Source: Anolis carolinensis
Lineage: Eukaryota
DNA: 64,000 bases
Direction: 5' to 3'
Assembly: GCF_035594765.1 (NCBI RefSeq)
Contig: NW_026943824.1
Coordinates: 18,347,237-18,411,236 of the forward strand
The notes under the pieces were generated by a model, which was not told the DNA's origin, ran no database searches, and was given only the letters and a program-made list of their open reading frames with translations. Shown here in pieces: positions 1 through 11,434 of the stretch; position 1 is the stretch's first letter, and every line of letters starts with the position of its first letter. The position numbers and the translations under genes are program-made.

Positions 1-9
1 TTATTAGTA

Positions 10-317
10 CAGTAGAGTCTCACTTATCCAAGCTAAACAGGCCGGCAGAAGCTTGGATAAGCGAATATCTTGGATAATAAGGAGGGATTAAGGAAAAGCC
101 TATTAAACATCAAATTAGGTTATGATTTTATAAAGTAAGCACCAACACATCATGTTATACAACAAATTTGACAGAAAAAGTAGTTCATTACACATTAATG
201 CTATGTAGTAATTACTGTATTTACGAATTTAGCACCAAAAGATCACAATGCATTGAAAACATTGACTACAAAAATGTGTTGGATAATCCAGAACGTTGGA
301 TAAGTGAGACTCTACTG
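10..317. mobile_element. Tc1/mariner-superfamily MITE family A (~320 bp), representative copy
   Basis: TIR CAGTAGAGTCTCACTTATCCAA with TA on both sides. Other full copies at ~1083-1405, 3861-4182, 5471-5775, 6107-6394, 8434-8755, 21099-21421, 24055-24377, 27701-28023, 31722-32030, 32071-32393, 33390-33697, 38136-38458, 39725-40058, 48253-48575 and 53897-54219, plus partial copies. Confidence 0.9.
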
Positions 318-1404
318 TACCATTATTTCCATGTACAATACTTTATGGTATGTACATTTACCGATCCTGTATGCTCTGGTGTTCTGTTCGTTGGGCATGC
401 TTCCAAACAAAACCTTTGCTAGGTCTTACTTTCGGGGGAGGCCTTATATTTAGCAATTCAGCAAAACTTCTACTAGGTCTTATTTTCTGGGGATGTCTTA
501 TTTTAGGGGAAACAGGGTATGACTCTGGAAAGGAGGATTTGAATCCCAGATCATCTATAGACATCCCTGAGCGATTTGGGGCGAAACCACCCAGTGATGT
601 CTATGGATGAGCTGGAATTCGAAAACTGGTCTCCAGAGTCATACTAGTTATCATATCAGCTGGTGGAACCCAGGAGTTGCAGACAAACTTCTCCAAGTCC
701 AGGCCCGTAGCCAGGAGTTTGATTGGGGGGGGGGGGGGGGGGCTGAGTCTGAGTGAGAGAGGATCTACCCTAGCAAACCTTTTGTATTGTTATCCCAATG
801 CATATGGGATATATTGAATATCATATCTGGACCAATAATAGCTTTTTTATTGAAAGTATGATTTCTTCAATCCACCTCTCCGGTTGCTTGAGAGTGCTGG
901 TTAACCGAGAGTCAAGAGAAGTTTGGTGAGGATGAATGCCCACTCTCTTAGGCAGAGAAGGTGAAAGACCTTGTAAAAACGACAATCCTATAGTAATTCA
1001 AACAGTACCAAACTGCATTCAGTGTCCAATGTAGATGAACCCAGTCGTTCAGCCGAGGCATACTGCCAAGTGAATAATAATACAGTAGAGTCTCACTTAT
1101 CCAACATAAACGGGCCAGCAGAATGTTGGATAAGCGAATATGTTGGATAATAAGGAGGCATTAAGGAAAAGCCTATTAAACATCAAATTAGGTTATGATT
1201 TTACAAATGAAGCACCAAATCAACATGTTAGACAACAAATTTGGCAGAAAAAGTAGTTCAATACACAGTAATGCTATGTAGTAATTACTGTATTTACGAA
1301 TTTAGCACCAAAGTATCACGATATATTGAAAACATTGACTACAAAAATGTGTTGGATAATCCAGAACGTTGGATAAGCGAGTGTTGGATAAGTGAGACTC
1401 TACT

Positions 1405-1458
<54 letters not shown>

Positions 1459-3260
1459 TATTTTTTCTACCCCGCCACCATCTTCCTGAAGGGACTCAGG
1501 ACGGCTAACATGGAGCCAAGCCCAAAACAAAAAACAAAATAACGGTTAAAACCCAGATAAGTAATAATAATAAATAATAAAATAATAATAAAACTTTATT
1601 TATACCCCGCCACCATCTCCCCGTGGGGACTCGGGGCAGCTCACAATGTTCCAAAAGTAGGAAACAATATCAACATAACATTCGGTTATAATAAACAAAT
1701 TAAAAACACAAAATACAAAGTAATAAAACGTAAAGAAAAGTAATAAAAACAAACATCACCATCAATTGATACAATGGGGTTAACACGATGTAACACTATG
1801 ACTTTTGTCTCTGGGTTAGAAATGCCATTCCCTAATTGGGTCTATCACAAAAACATGGGGAAAGTTTATGAAAGTGCAAAAACTTTGTCATTATCCTGGA
1901 GCACATTTTGCTCTAGTTTTTCAATTAATATCTCAGTGAGTCTCAACCAATTCAACATAGTTTGTGACACAAAAACAAAGTTCCCGGAATAGAAAAACTT
2001 CTTTCAAAGAAAGGGCCACACAATTCAACAGGAAATAAAGCTTTCAAACCAGGAACATAATATTTTATCAAATGGTCAAACACCGGCTGTTAGGAATTGT
2101 GGGAGTTGAAGTCCAAAACACCTGGAGGGACAAAGTTGGCCCATGGCTAATGGAACTGCTGTATTTGTTTGCCGGCCTCACAGCTCCTTGGAGAGAGGAA
2201 TGCAAGCAGGAACGCAAGAAAGGCTTCCCCAGTTTGCAAAACTCTTCCCAAGAAAGCAGTAAGGTCTCCCTTCCAGGGCCCCTTCCTCCAGGAGAAGGGC
2301 TCACAGGTATTTATGTCCAGGGGAGAGAAAGAAGAGTCTCACCTTTCCAAAGCCGTCCATCCGCCTTGGGCTCCCGGGAAGCGGCTCCTGGCTCTGGATC
2401 CTCCCCCAGAAAGAGAGCCAGCCTTGCCACCTGTGGCACTTTGCCGCATTTCCTTCACCTGCGTTGTGCACAGGAGGCTTGCACTGCCTGCCTTTTCCCC
2501 GTCTGCTTGCTTTTGAGTTCATTCTTCCAATCTGTTAATATCTGGTGGCAGAACTTTTGTTTTCAAGACTCCATCCCTTATTATGTGTGTGTTTTTTTTG
2601 GCTGTGTTGTCAAAGGCCTTCATGGCCATTATCACTGGGTCGCTGTGGGTTTTTGGGGCTGGATGGCCACATCCCAGTAGCATTCTCTTCTGACATTTTA
2701 CCTACATCTATGGCTGGCATCCCGGCCACATGACCTTGGAGGTGTCTATGGACAACGCCGGCTCTTCGGCTTAGAAATGGAGATGAGCACCAACCCCTAG
2801 AGTCAGACATGACTGGACTTAACGTCAGGGGAACCCTTTACCTTTTATGGCTGGCATCTTCAGAGGTCTGTTGGAGGTGAGGCAAGTGGGGTGTATATAT
2901 TCCTATAATAATAAAAAGTCGACGACAGATCCTAAATGTAGACTCTGCGAGGAAGCAGATGAAACAATAGATCACAACCTCAGCTACTGCAAGAATATCG
3001 CACAGACAGCCTACAAACAGAGGCATAACACCGTTGCTCAGATGATTCATTGGAACTTGTACCACAAATACCATCTGTGACAAAGACCTGGTGGGATTAC
3101 AAGCTGGAAAAAGTTACAGAGAATGAACATGTCCAGCTACCCTGGGACTTTCAAATTCAGACAGACAGGGTCTGTCCCTTCCCTCCCCATACCTTCCTTT
3201 AGCAAACTAGAAGATGTAAATCCTTTTAAAATATTCTTTAATAAAAATGATTTTTTAAAA

Positions 3261-3439
3261 AAATAGGTACTGCTCCGGCGGGAAGGTAACGGTGCTCCAT
3301 GCAGTCATGCCAATGGCCACATGACCTTGGAGGTGTCTACGGACAACGCCGGCTCTTCAGCTTAGAAATAGAGATGAGCACCAACCCCCAGAGTTGGTCA
3401 CAATTGAACTTAACGTCAGGGGAAAACCTTTACCTTTAC
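3261..3439 (+). mobile_element. Sauria-type SINE 3' part
   Basis: GGCCACATGACCTTGGAGGTGTCTACGGACAACGCCGGCTC core and (ACCTTT)n tail. Related pieces at ~2722-2846, 30610-30755 and 63095-63263. Confidence 0.8.
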
Positions 3440-4269
3440 TATATATATATACAATATATTATAATATTAGTATAGAATAATATGAGTATTATATATTATT
3501 ATATTCTGGATTCTGGATGAATTGATTTTAATCTTGGATATGTTTAAAATTTTATATAATGTGATTTTATTTTGTAATGGTATCTGCTTTTATATGAATT
3601 GTTGTTTTGTACACTGTTTTTAGGCATTGAATTTTTGCCTATTTATTGTAAGCCGCCTTGAGTTTATTTATTTATTTATAAATAAATATTGTTAAATTGA
3701 TACAGGAGACATGGTGGAAAGATGTCTTACAATCATTGAAAACTTACAGTCATTGAAGGCATCCCTGAAAATTCCCTTTGTAAAACTACATCTCCCTCAG
3801 CAGGAGGGTTTTGATTTTATGGCAGAAAGAAGGGCGTTGGGCTGGATGTATACATATATACAGTAGAGTCTCACTTATCCAAGACTCGCTTATCCAACGT
3901 TCTGGATTATCCAACGCATTTTTGTAGTCAATGTTTTTAATATATCATGATATTTTGCTGCTAAATTCGTAAATACAGTAATTACTACATAGCATTACTG
4001 CACATTGAACTACTTTTTCTGTAAAATTTGTTGTATAACATGATGTTTTGGTGCTTCATTTGTAAAATCATAACCTAATTTGATGTTTAATAGGCTTTTC
4101 CTTAATCTCTCCTTATTATCCAACATATTCACTTATCCAACGTTCTGCCGGCCCGTTTACGTTGGATAAGCGAGACTCTATTGTATATGTGTGTGTATGC
4201 ATCTACACCAGGCATAGGCCCACTTCAACCTTCCAGGTGTTTTGGACTCCTTTCCCACAATTCCTAACA

Positions 4270-4408
4270 ACTTGCCTCACAACCTCTGAGGATGCCTGCC
4301 ATAGATGTGGGCGAAACGTCAGGAGAGAATACTTCTGGAACATGGCCACACAGCCCGAAAGACATACAACAACCCTGTGATCCCGGCCATGAAAGCCTTC
4401 GACAACAA
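4270..4408 (+). mobile_element. Penelope-like element terminal-repeat fragment
   Basis: CCTCTGAGGATGCCTGCCATAGATGTGGGCGAAACGTCAGGAGAGAATACTTCTGGAACATGGCC...CATGAAAGCCTTCGACAA. Copies at ~2606-2720, 7600-7735, 7795-7925, 36702-36900, 43350-43566, 59440-59532 and 62605-62713. Confidence 0.7.
4283..4323 (+). ncRNA. Minimal (type I, PLE-class) hammerhead ribozyme motif
   Basis: Stem I CCU, core CUGAGGA, stem II GCCUGC/GUGGGC, GAAAC-GUC, then AGG closing stem I. Confidence 0.6.
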
Positions 4409-4634
4409 CTTGTAGTCTGAGAGGAATTATGGAGGGAAGGCCGAAGTAGGCCCAGGCCTGGACTAGCCCCTGCTCTGCTTCATTCATCCCTTCGTTCTTT
4501 TTCCTTCCTTTCGTGACTTTTCCTCCTTCCTTCCTTCCTTTCTCCTCCTTCCTTCCTTCTCTCCCTCACTCACTTTTTCTTTCCCTTCTTTTCCTTTTTC
4601 TCTCAAGTCTGAGGACGCCTCAGGCCCTCTCACG

Positions 4635-4916
4635 GTCTCCATGGCAACAGGACTCTCTTTGGCGGCTCTTCCCGCCCTCCCCTCTCCCGGTTCTCCCATT
4701 GGCCACCTCCTTCCCTTTCCCTCTCTTCCCATTGGCTGCCTTCCTCCTCCGTCTCTTTCCCGCTCCTCCCATTGGATACGGGTGGAAAGGGGAGGGGGAA
4801 GCGTGGGGGAGCGAGAATCCCGCCTCCTCCTTCCCTCTCCCGCGACGCCCATTGGCTCCCTCCCCTGTCCATCTCTCTTTCGCTCCTCCCATTGGCTCCG
4901 GGCCGGGCCGGAAGTT
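4635..4916 (+). promoter_or_regulatory. TMC7 promoter: X-box, five reverse CCAAT boxes, ETS site
   Basis: GC/CpG-rich stretch with GTCTCCATGGCAAC (RFX X-box) at 4635-4648, cccATTGG at ~4698, 4731, 4771, 4851 and 4891, and CCGGAAGT at ~4908, just upstream of ATG 4958. Confidence 0.7.
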
Positions 4917-4957
4917 ATCGTGGGGCCGGGCCCAGGCTGGCTCCAGCGCCTGTGGAG

Positions 4958-7900
4958 ATGAGCCGGGCGCGGGAGGGCCAGAGACCCGGCGAAGGCGAAG
5001 AGGAAGGCGGCCACGGTGGGTCCCGGCGACACATTTGCACAATAATATATTATTACCACCGCTACTACAGTAGAGTCTCACTTATCCGACGTTCTGGATT
5101 ATCCGACGTTCTGGATTATCCGACGCGTTTTTGTAGTCAATGTTTTCAATACATGGTGATGTTTTGGTGCTAAATTCGTAAATACAGTAACTACTACGTA
5201 GCATTACTGCATATTGAACTACTTTTTCTGTCAAATTTGTTGTATAACATGAGGTTTTGGTGCTTACTTTGTAAATTCATAACCAAATTTGATGTTCAAT
5301 AGGCTTATTTATACAATATTATATTATATTATTAGCATAGTACCATACTGGTAATAAATTACTATATTGGACTGCATCAATATACTGTAATATTATTATT
5401 ACATGTAAAATATAATATATAATTAATATTATTATATTGTATTATTAGGATTATATCGTATTACAATATACAGTAGAGTCTCACTTATCCAACATAAACG
5501 GGCCAGCAGAACGTTGGATAAGCGAATATGTTGGATAATAAGGAGGCATTAAGGAAAAGCCTATTAAACATCAAATTAGGTTATGATTTTACAAATTAAG
5601 CACCCAAACATCATGTTATACAACAAATTTGACAGAAAAAGTAATTCAATACGCAGTAATGCTATGTAGTAATTACTGTATTTACGAATTTAGCACCAAA
5701 ATATCACGATGTATTGAAAACATTGACTACAAAATGCGTTGGATAAGCAAGTGTTGGATAAGTGAGACTCTACTGTAATTACTATGTAGCATTACTGCAT
5801 ACTGAACTACTTTTTCTGTCAAATTTGTTGTATAACATGATGTTTTGGTGCTTAATTTGTAAAATCATAACCTAATTTGGTGTTTAATAGGCTTATTTAA
5901 TTATTTGCTACATTTATATGCTGCCCTTCTCACCCCGAAGGGGACTCAGAGCGGCTTACAAATTGAATTTACATACAATATTATATTATTAGCATAGTAC
6001 AATACTGGTAATATATTACTATATTGTACTGTATCAATATATTGTAATATTATTAGTAATATTACATGTAAAATATAATATATAATTAATATTATTATAT
6101 TGTATTACAGTAGAATCTCACTTATCCAACGTTCTGGATTATCCAACGCATTTTTGTAGTCCATGTTTTCAATACATCGTGATATTTTGGTGCTAAATTT
6201 GTAAATACAGTAATTATTACATAGCATTACTGTGTATTGAACTACTTTTTCTGTCAAATTTGGTTCTTAATTTGTAAAATCGTAACCTAATTTAATGTTT
6301 AATAGGTGTTTCCTTAATCTCTCCTTATTATCCAACATATTCGCTTATCCAACATTCTGCCGGCCTGTTTACATTGGATAAGCGAGACTCTACTGTATTA
6401 GTATTATATCGTATTACAATATAATATTATGAATATTATATGTATATACAATATGTTATAATTATTATATATTATTGTAAATTATATTGTATATATAATT
6501 AGTTAATTATATATATAATTAATATATTTAATAGGCTTCTCCTTAGTCTCTCATTATCCAACATATCCGCTTATCCAACGTTCTGCCGGCCCGTTTATGT
6601 TGGATAAGTGAGACTCTACTGTAGCAATAAATATTATTATTATTATTGCTAGCTTGGGTACCCGACAGTGCTCGGGTTATTTGAGAAGGGCCTTGTTTGT
6701 TTTTAGATGTGAGGTAATATCAGTTTGGTCAAATGTTACACTATTTCGTAGAAAAGAACTCAGTCTTTCCTTTTTTTTTAATGAATTCTCCCATTAAAAA
6801 TGCATAAGGATGTGGGTGAACTACAATTCCCAAAAATCTTGGGTCAGTCTTCCCCAAACTCCGCCAGTATTCACAGTTGGCCGTGTTGGGACTGTGTGCC
6901 AAGTATGTGCCAGATTCATCATCTGCTGGGTTCAGTGTTCTTTGAATACAGGTGAACTATAACTCCCATATGTCAGGGACAATCACCGCACAACTCCCAC
7001 AATTCCTAACAGCCTCAGGCCCTTTCCTTTTCCTCCTCAGCCACTTAAGCTGTTAGGAATTGTGGGAGTTGGAGTCCAAAACACCTGGAGAAAAATCCCA
7101 AGTTTGACTGTGCCTGCTCTAGATCAAGCCTTGCAATTCCTAAGCTCGTATTGCTAACTCTTTGTCTCTTTCTGTCTCCTTTTTTCTGGATAGAGGTTTT
7201 CCTTCTTGATCCTCAGAGCGCATCACCCACTGTTGCCTTTCTGCAAGAATTGCCCAGTTTCCAGTCTATGCGAAGGAGGAAACCCTCGGCCAGAGGCTCA
7301 CAGGATTATTACAGTTTAGTGCGGGTCACTTCTGCAGAGACAAACAACTTGTTGGACGGGGTTGGACCAAGCCCCTCGCACCCTCTTCGAGAATATGCCT
7401 TAACGATTGCAGAGAAACGGCGCTTAAGGTTTGACCCAATTTTTTTTCTGTAGATTTTTTTTCTGTAAGTCCTTCTGGAATCCATTTGTGGTTTAAAATG
7501 ATATTCGGGGATATCAGTCAGTCGGTAGCCTTTATTTCAGCCAACAAATCTTTGGCTGAAGTCAAATGAGGACAGAATAGTAAAATCCATCACTTGAATA
7601 CTGGGTTGCTGTGAGTTTTCCGGACTGCCTGGCTATGTTCCAAAAGCATTCTCTCCTGATGTTTTGCCCACATCTATGGCAGGCGTCCTCAGAGGTTGTG
7701 AGATCTGTTGGAAACTAGGCAAGTTTGGTTTATATACGAGGGTTATCCAGAAAGTCAAATGAGGACAGAATAGTAAAATCCATCATCTGAATACTGGGTT
7801 GCTGTGAGTTTTCCGGACTGTCTGGCTATGTTCCAGAAGCATTCTCTCCTGATGTTTTGCTCACATCTATGGCAGGCGTCCTCAGAGGTTGTGAGATCTG

Positions 7901-10900
7901 TTGGAAACTAGGCAAGTTTGGTTTATATATGAGGGTTATCCAGAAAGTAGATTACGTTTTGGAATTAAAAATGAACCAAGTATAGGAGAAAGCATTTACC
8001 ATATGCAGTTGAAAGCCACATCCAAATACCACTTCTCAACATAGTCGCCATTCAAATCTAGGTACTTACCATAGCGATGAATGAGCTTGGCAACTCCTCC
8101 CTCACCAAACTCTGCCGCTTGTGTCCTCAACGCAGCGTTTTGGCAACGATGCGCAGCTGCGGAGAGGGGTGACCGGCTGGTTGAGGACGCAAGTGGTAGA
8201 ATTTTGTGGGGAAGGAGTTGCCAAAATAGACCGGATATAAAATCATGGCTCAATAAAATCTTAGAAATTATGAACTTGGATAAATTAACATATCTGTTGT
8301 CAAACACTCAAGGAAAACCAAGAAAACAAATAGACTGGGAGTTAATCAAGATTTATTTTAAAAAAGAAAACTATAAAATGATGAGATAAAGATGTCTTAA
8401 ATAGGAAGAATAGAAAAAATATTCTTAAAAGTACAGTAGAGTCTCACTTATCCAACATAAACGGGCCGGCAGAATGTTGGATAAGCAAATATGTTGGATA
8501 ATAAGGAGGGATTAAGGAAAAGCCTATTGAAAATCAAATTAGGTTATGATTTTACAAATTAGGCACCAAGACATCATGTTATACAACAAATTTGACAGAA
8601 AAAGTAGTTCAATACGCAGTAATGCTATGTAGTAGTTACTGTATTTACGAATTTAGCACCAAAATATCACGATATATTGAAAACATTGACTACAAAATGT
8701 GTTGGATAATCCAGAACGTTGGATAAGCGAGTGTTGGATAAGTGAGACTCTACTGTAAATAGAAATAAGTATATCAAATGTACTAAGAGAACACTGTATA
8801 AAACACTACACAATAGAGGGAAGTCATTTTTAATTATTTGTTCTATGCATAGGCCATAGTCTTTTATGTCAAACTATTGATTTTTCTCTGTTTGATCTTG
8901 GTTACCATTATTTTAGTTCTATGTTATTTCGTGTGCCTTTTTTTTTGTATATGGGTAGGTGCGTGTACGTATGGTTTTGATTTTTTTTTGTTTCATTTTT
9001 GTTATTTTCATCCAATGTACTCCCCACTCATTCCCCCACACTTACCACCCCTCTGTATATATTGGTCTATTTGTTTTGTCACTATTAATTTAATTTAAAA
9101 AATTTAAAAAAAGAAGGTTCAGTAAGGTAACCGACCTTTTCAGGCCTCAAAAACCCAACGCCCTTCTCATATTTTATTTCCTATTTCCAGAGATATCCAG
9201 GAAGCCAACAGGAAATACCTGTCAGGTTGGAATCAGTGGAGGCAGTCAAGCAAAAAGTCCCTGAAAAGAATTGTAGAGGATACCAAAGAACTCTCCTCCT
9301 ATTTGGAGCTTTGGAGGCACGATATCCACAGCATTGAAGGTACCGTCATGCTTTTTATTTCTAGCATCTTTTGTTTTTCCCAGAATGTAAGAGGCTGAGT
9401 TTGGGTTAGCCGGAAAAAGGAAGGCTTTCTGGTGTCCCATTTGGGGGAGCAGACCCTATGAAGCCAATCTTGTTTTACTCTTCTGCTTTTAATATTTTAT
9501 GCTATATGTTGATTACTATGATGGTTTTATTGATATTGATGTTTTATTGTTGGTATAATTGTTTTATCATTTTATTGTTGTATGTTTTCGGGCTTGGTCC
9601 CCATGTAAGCCGCTCCGAGTCCCCATTGGGGAGATGGGGCGGGGTATAAAAATAAAGTTATTATTATTATTATTATTATTACCTTTTTCCTGCCTATTTC
9701 TCTGATAGGACGTATTGGATAGCACTTTTTCTTTTGTCAGAAGGCCTACCAAGCTAGTTTTGAGTATGAATTCTAAACTTGTGTCCTTAGTTCAATCTCT
9801 GTTCTGTGTATTTTAATATATATTTTATAGAAGTAGGTTTTTTTAAAATATAATCTTTATTAAGGCTTTTTCCAATATACATGTTAAAATACTAGGGAAA
9901 AATGCATAAAGAAAAAGAGAAAAGAAAGAAAGAAGAGTAGAAGGAAGAGAATAAGAGAAAGAGAGAAAGAGAGAAAACAAAAATAAAATAAAATAGGTTG
10001 AGGTGCAGAAATAGAAGGAATGTGAATAGAGTAGTTGGAGAGGAGTGGTCCAGGTAGAAAAAAAAGTTTAAAATCACAATTAAAAAAGAAAAAGATTTGT
10101 GTAATTTTGACTTCCGGGCATCTTCTGGAGGTCTTCTTCCTTTTCTTTCTTCTTCCATTTTTCTCTCTTTCTCTTTCTCCTTTTCTTTTTTCTCTTTTTC
10201 CTGTTCTGGTGATGGTTTCCCTTCTCTTTCCCTACTATTTGTTGTTTATTCTATTCCCTCATATTATCCTATCTCTATATGTTATTATTATTATTTATTG
10301 TTATTTATTCGTTTTATTTAGCTACTGTTTTTCCAATCTTTATTTTTGTTATTATTATTATTATTGTTTTTGTCTTCTTATTAAATTATGTTTATTTTCT
10401 ATTCTCCTCCTAAATATTTTGTTACACTGTCCCAATCTGTTTCCTTTATTGGTTTTCCCTTACTTTTTGCAAGTAGGAAAGTAAGCCTATCCATATTTTT
10501 TGACATGTTTATTTTATCGATATACATTTTAATATGTGTACTTGTGGCATTTTTACAATGTTTATGTGTTATTATTATTATCATCATCATTATATTTATT
10601 TATACCCTGCTTTATCTCCCCAAAGGGGACTCAAAGCGGCAATCCTCACTCAAGAGGAGAAAGAAATGGTTTCTGACTTGATAACTGCAGCAAAATTATT
10701 AATAGCAAAAAAACTGGAAAGAAAAAAAGGAAGAAATCCAATTAGAAGAATGGTACAGGGAAATTTGGAACATAGCTATTAATGACAAGCTGACTTGCAG
10801 TATTAAAATTAAAAAGGGAATATCGAAACAAACAGATTTTTGGAAAATATGGGGAAAATTTATTGAGTATATTTTTAATGAGGGAAACAATATGAGTTGG

Positions 10901-10933
10901 TTGGTCTTGGTGAAGGGGAAGGGGGGAAAGGTA

Positions 10934-10967
<34 letters not shown>

Positions 10968-11381
10968 CAGTGCATTCCATTCTAAATACCTCCTTTCTTT
11001 TTCTTTTGGTAGGGAAATTTGGCACTGGGATCCAGTCTTACTTCTCCTTCCTTCGGTTCCTTGTGATCCTGAACTTGGTGATCTTTCTCCTTGTGTTCAG
11101 CTTTATCACTCTCCCAAGTGCTGTTTTCCGACATGGGGTTGTCAATGGCAGCTACGTTAAAGTCTCTCCGCAGGAAGCAGGTAGGCACCTACATCCTGCA
11201 GCGCAATTAGCATTATTTTTGCAGAAACAAAAATATCCAAGATTTTATCAGTATATTTTCTATGTGATTTTTTATGACTTGTTTTTATTGTTGATGGTTC
11301 TGTTTTATTGCTTGTTTTTATATTGTTGATGTATGCCACCCCGAGTCCCTTCAGGGAGATGGGGCGGGGTATAAAAATAAA

Positions 11382-11434
<53 letters not shown>

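Noticed and set aside
168-422. Recurring MTEKVV...YEFSTK ORFs
   Set aside because: Chance frames in MITE family A copies with no transposase motifs.
2072-2680. 202-aa ORF upstream of TMC7
   Set aside because: Starts in a MITE and ends in a Penelope fragment, with no recognisable domain or convincing splice partners.
4484-5081. ORFs of 150-190 aa over the TMC7 promoter
   Set aside because: Low-complexity purine/pyrimidine and GC-rich sequence. Only 4958-5015 fits the gene model.
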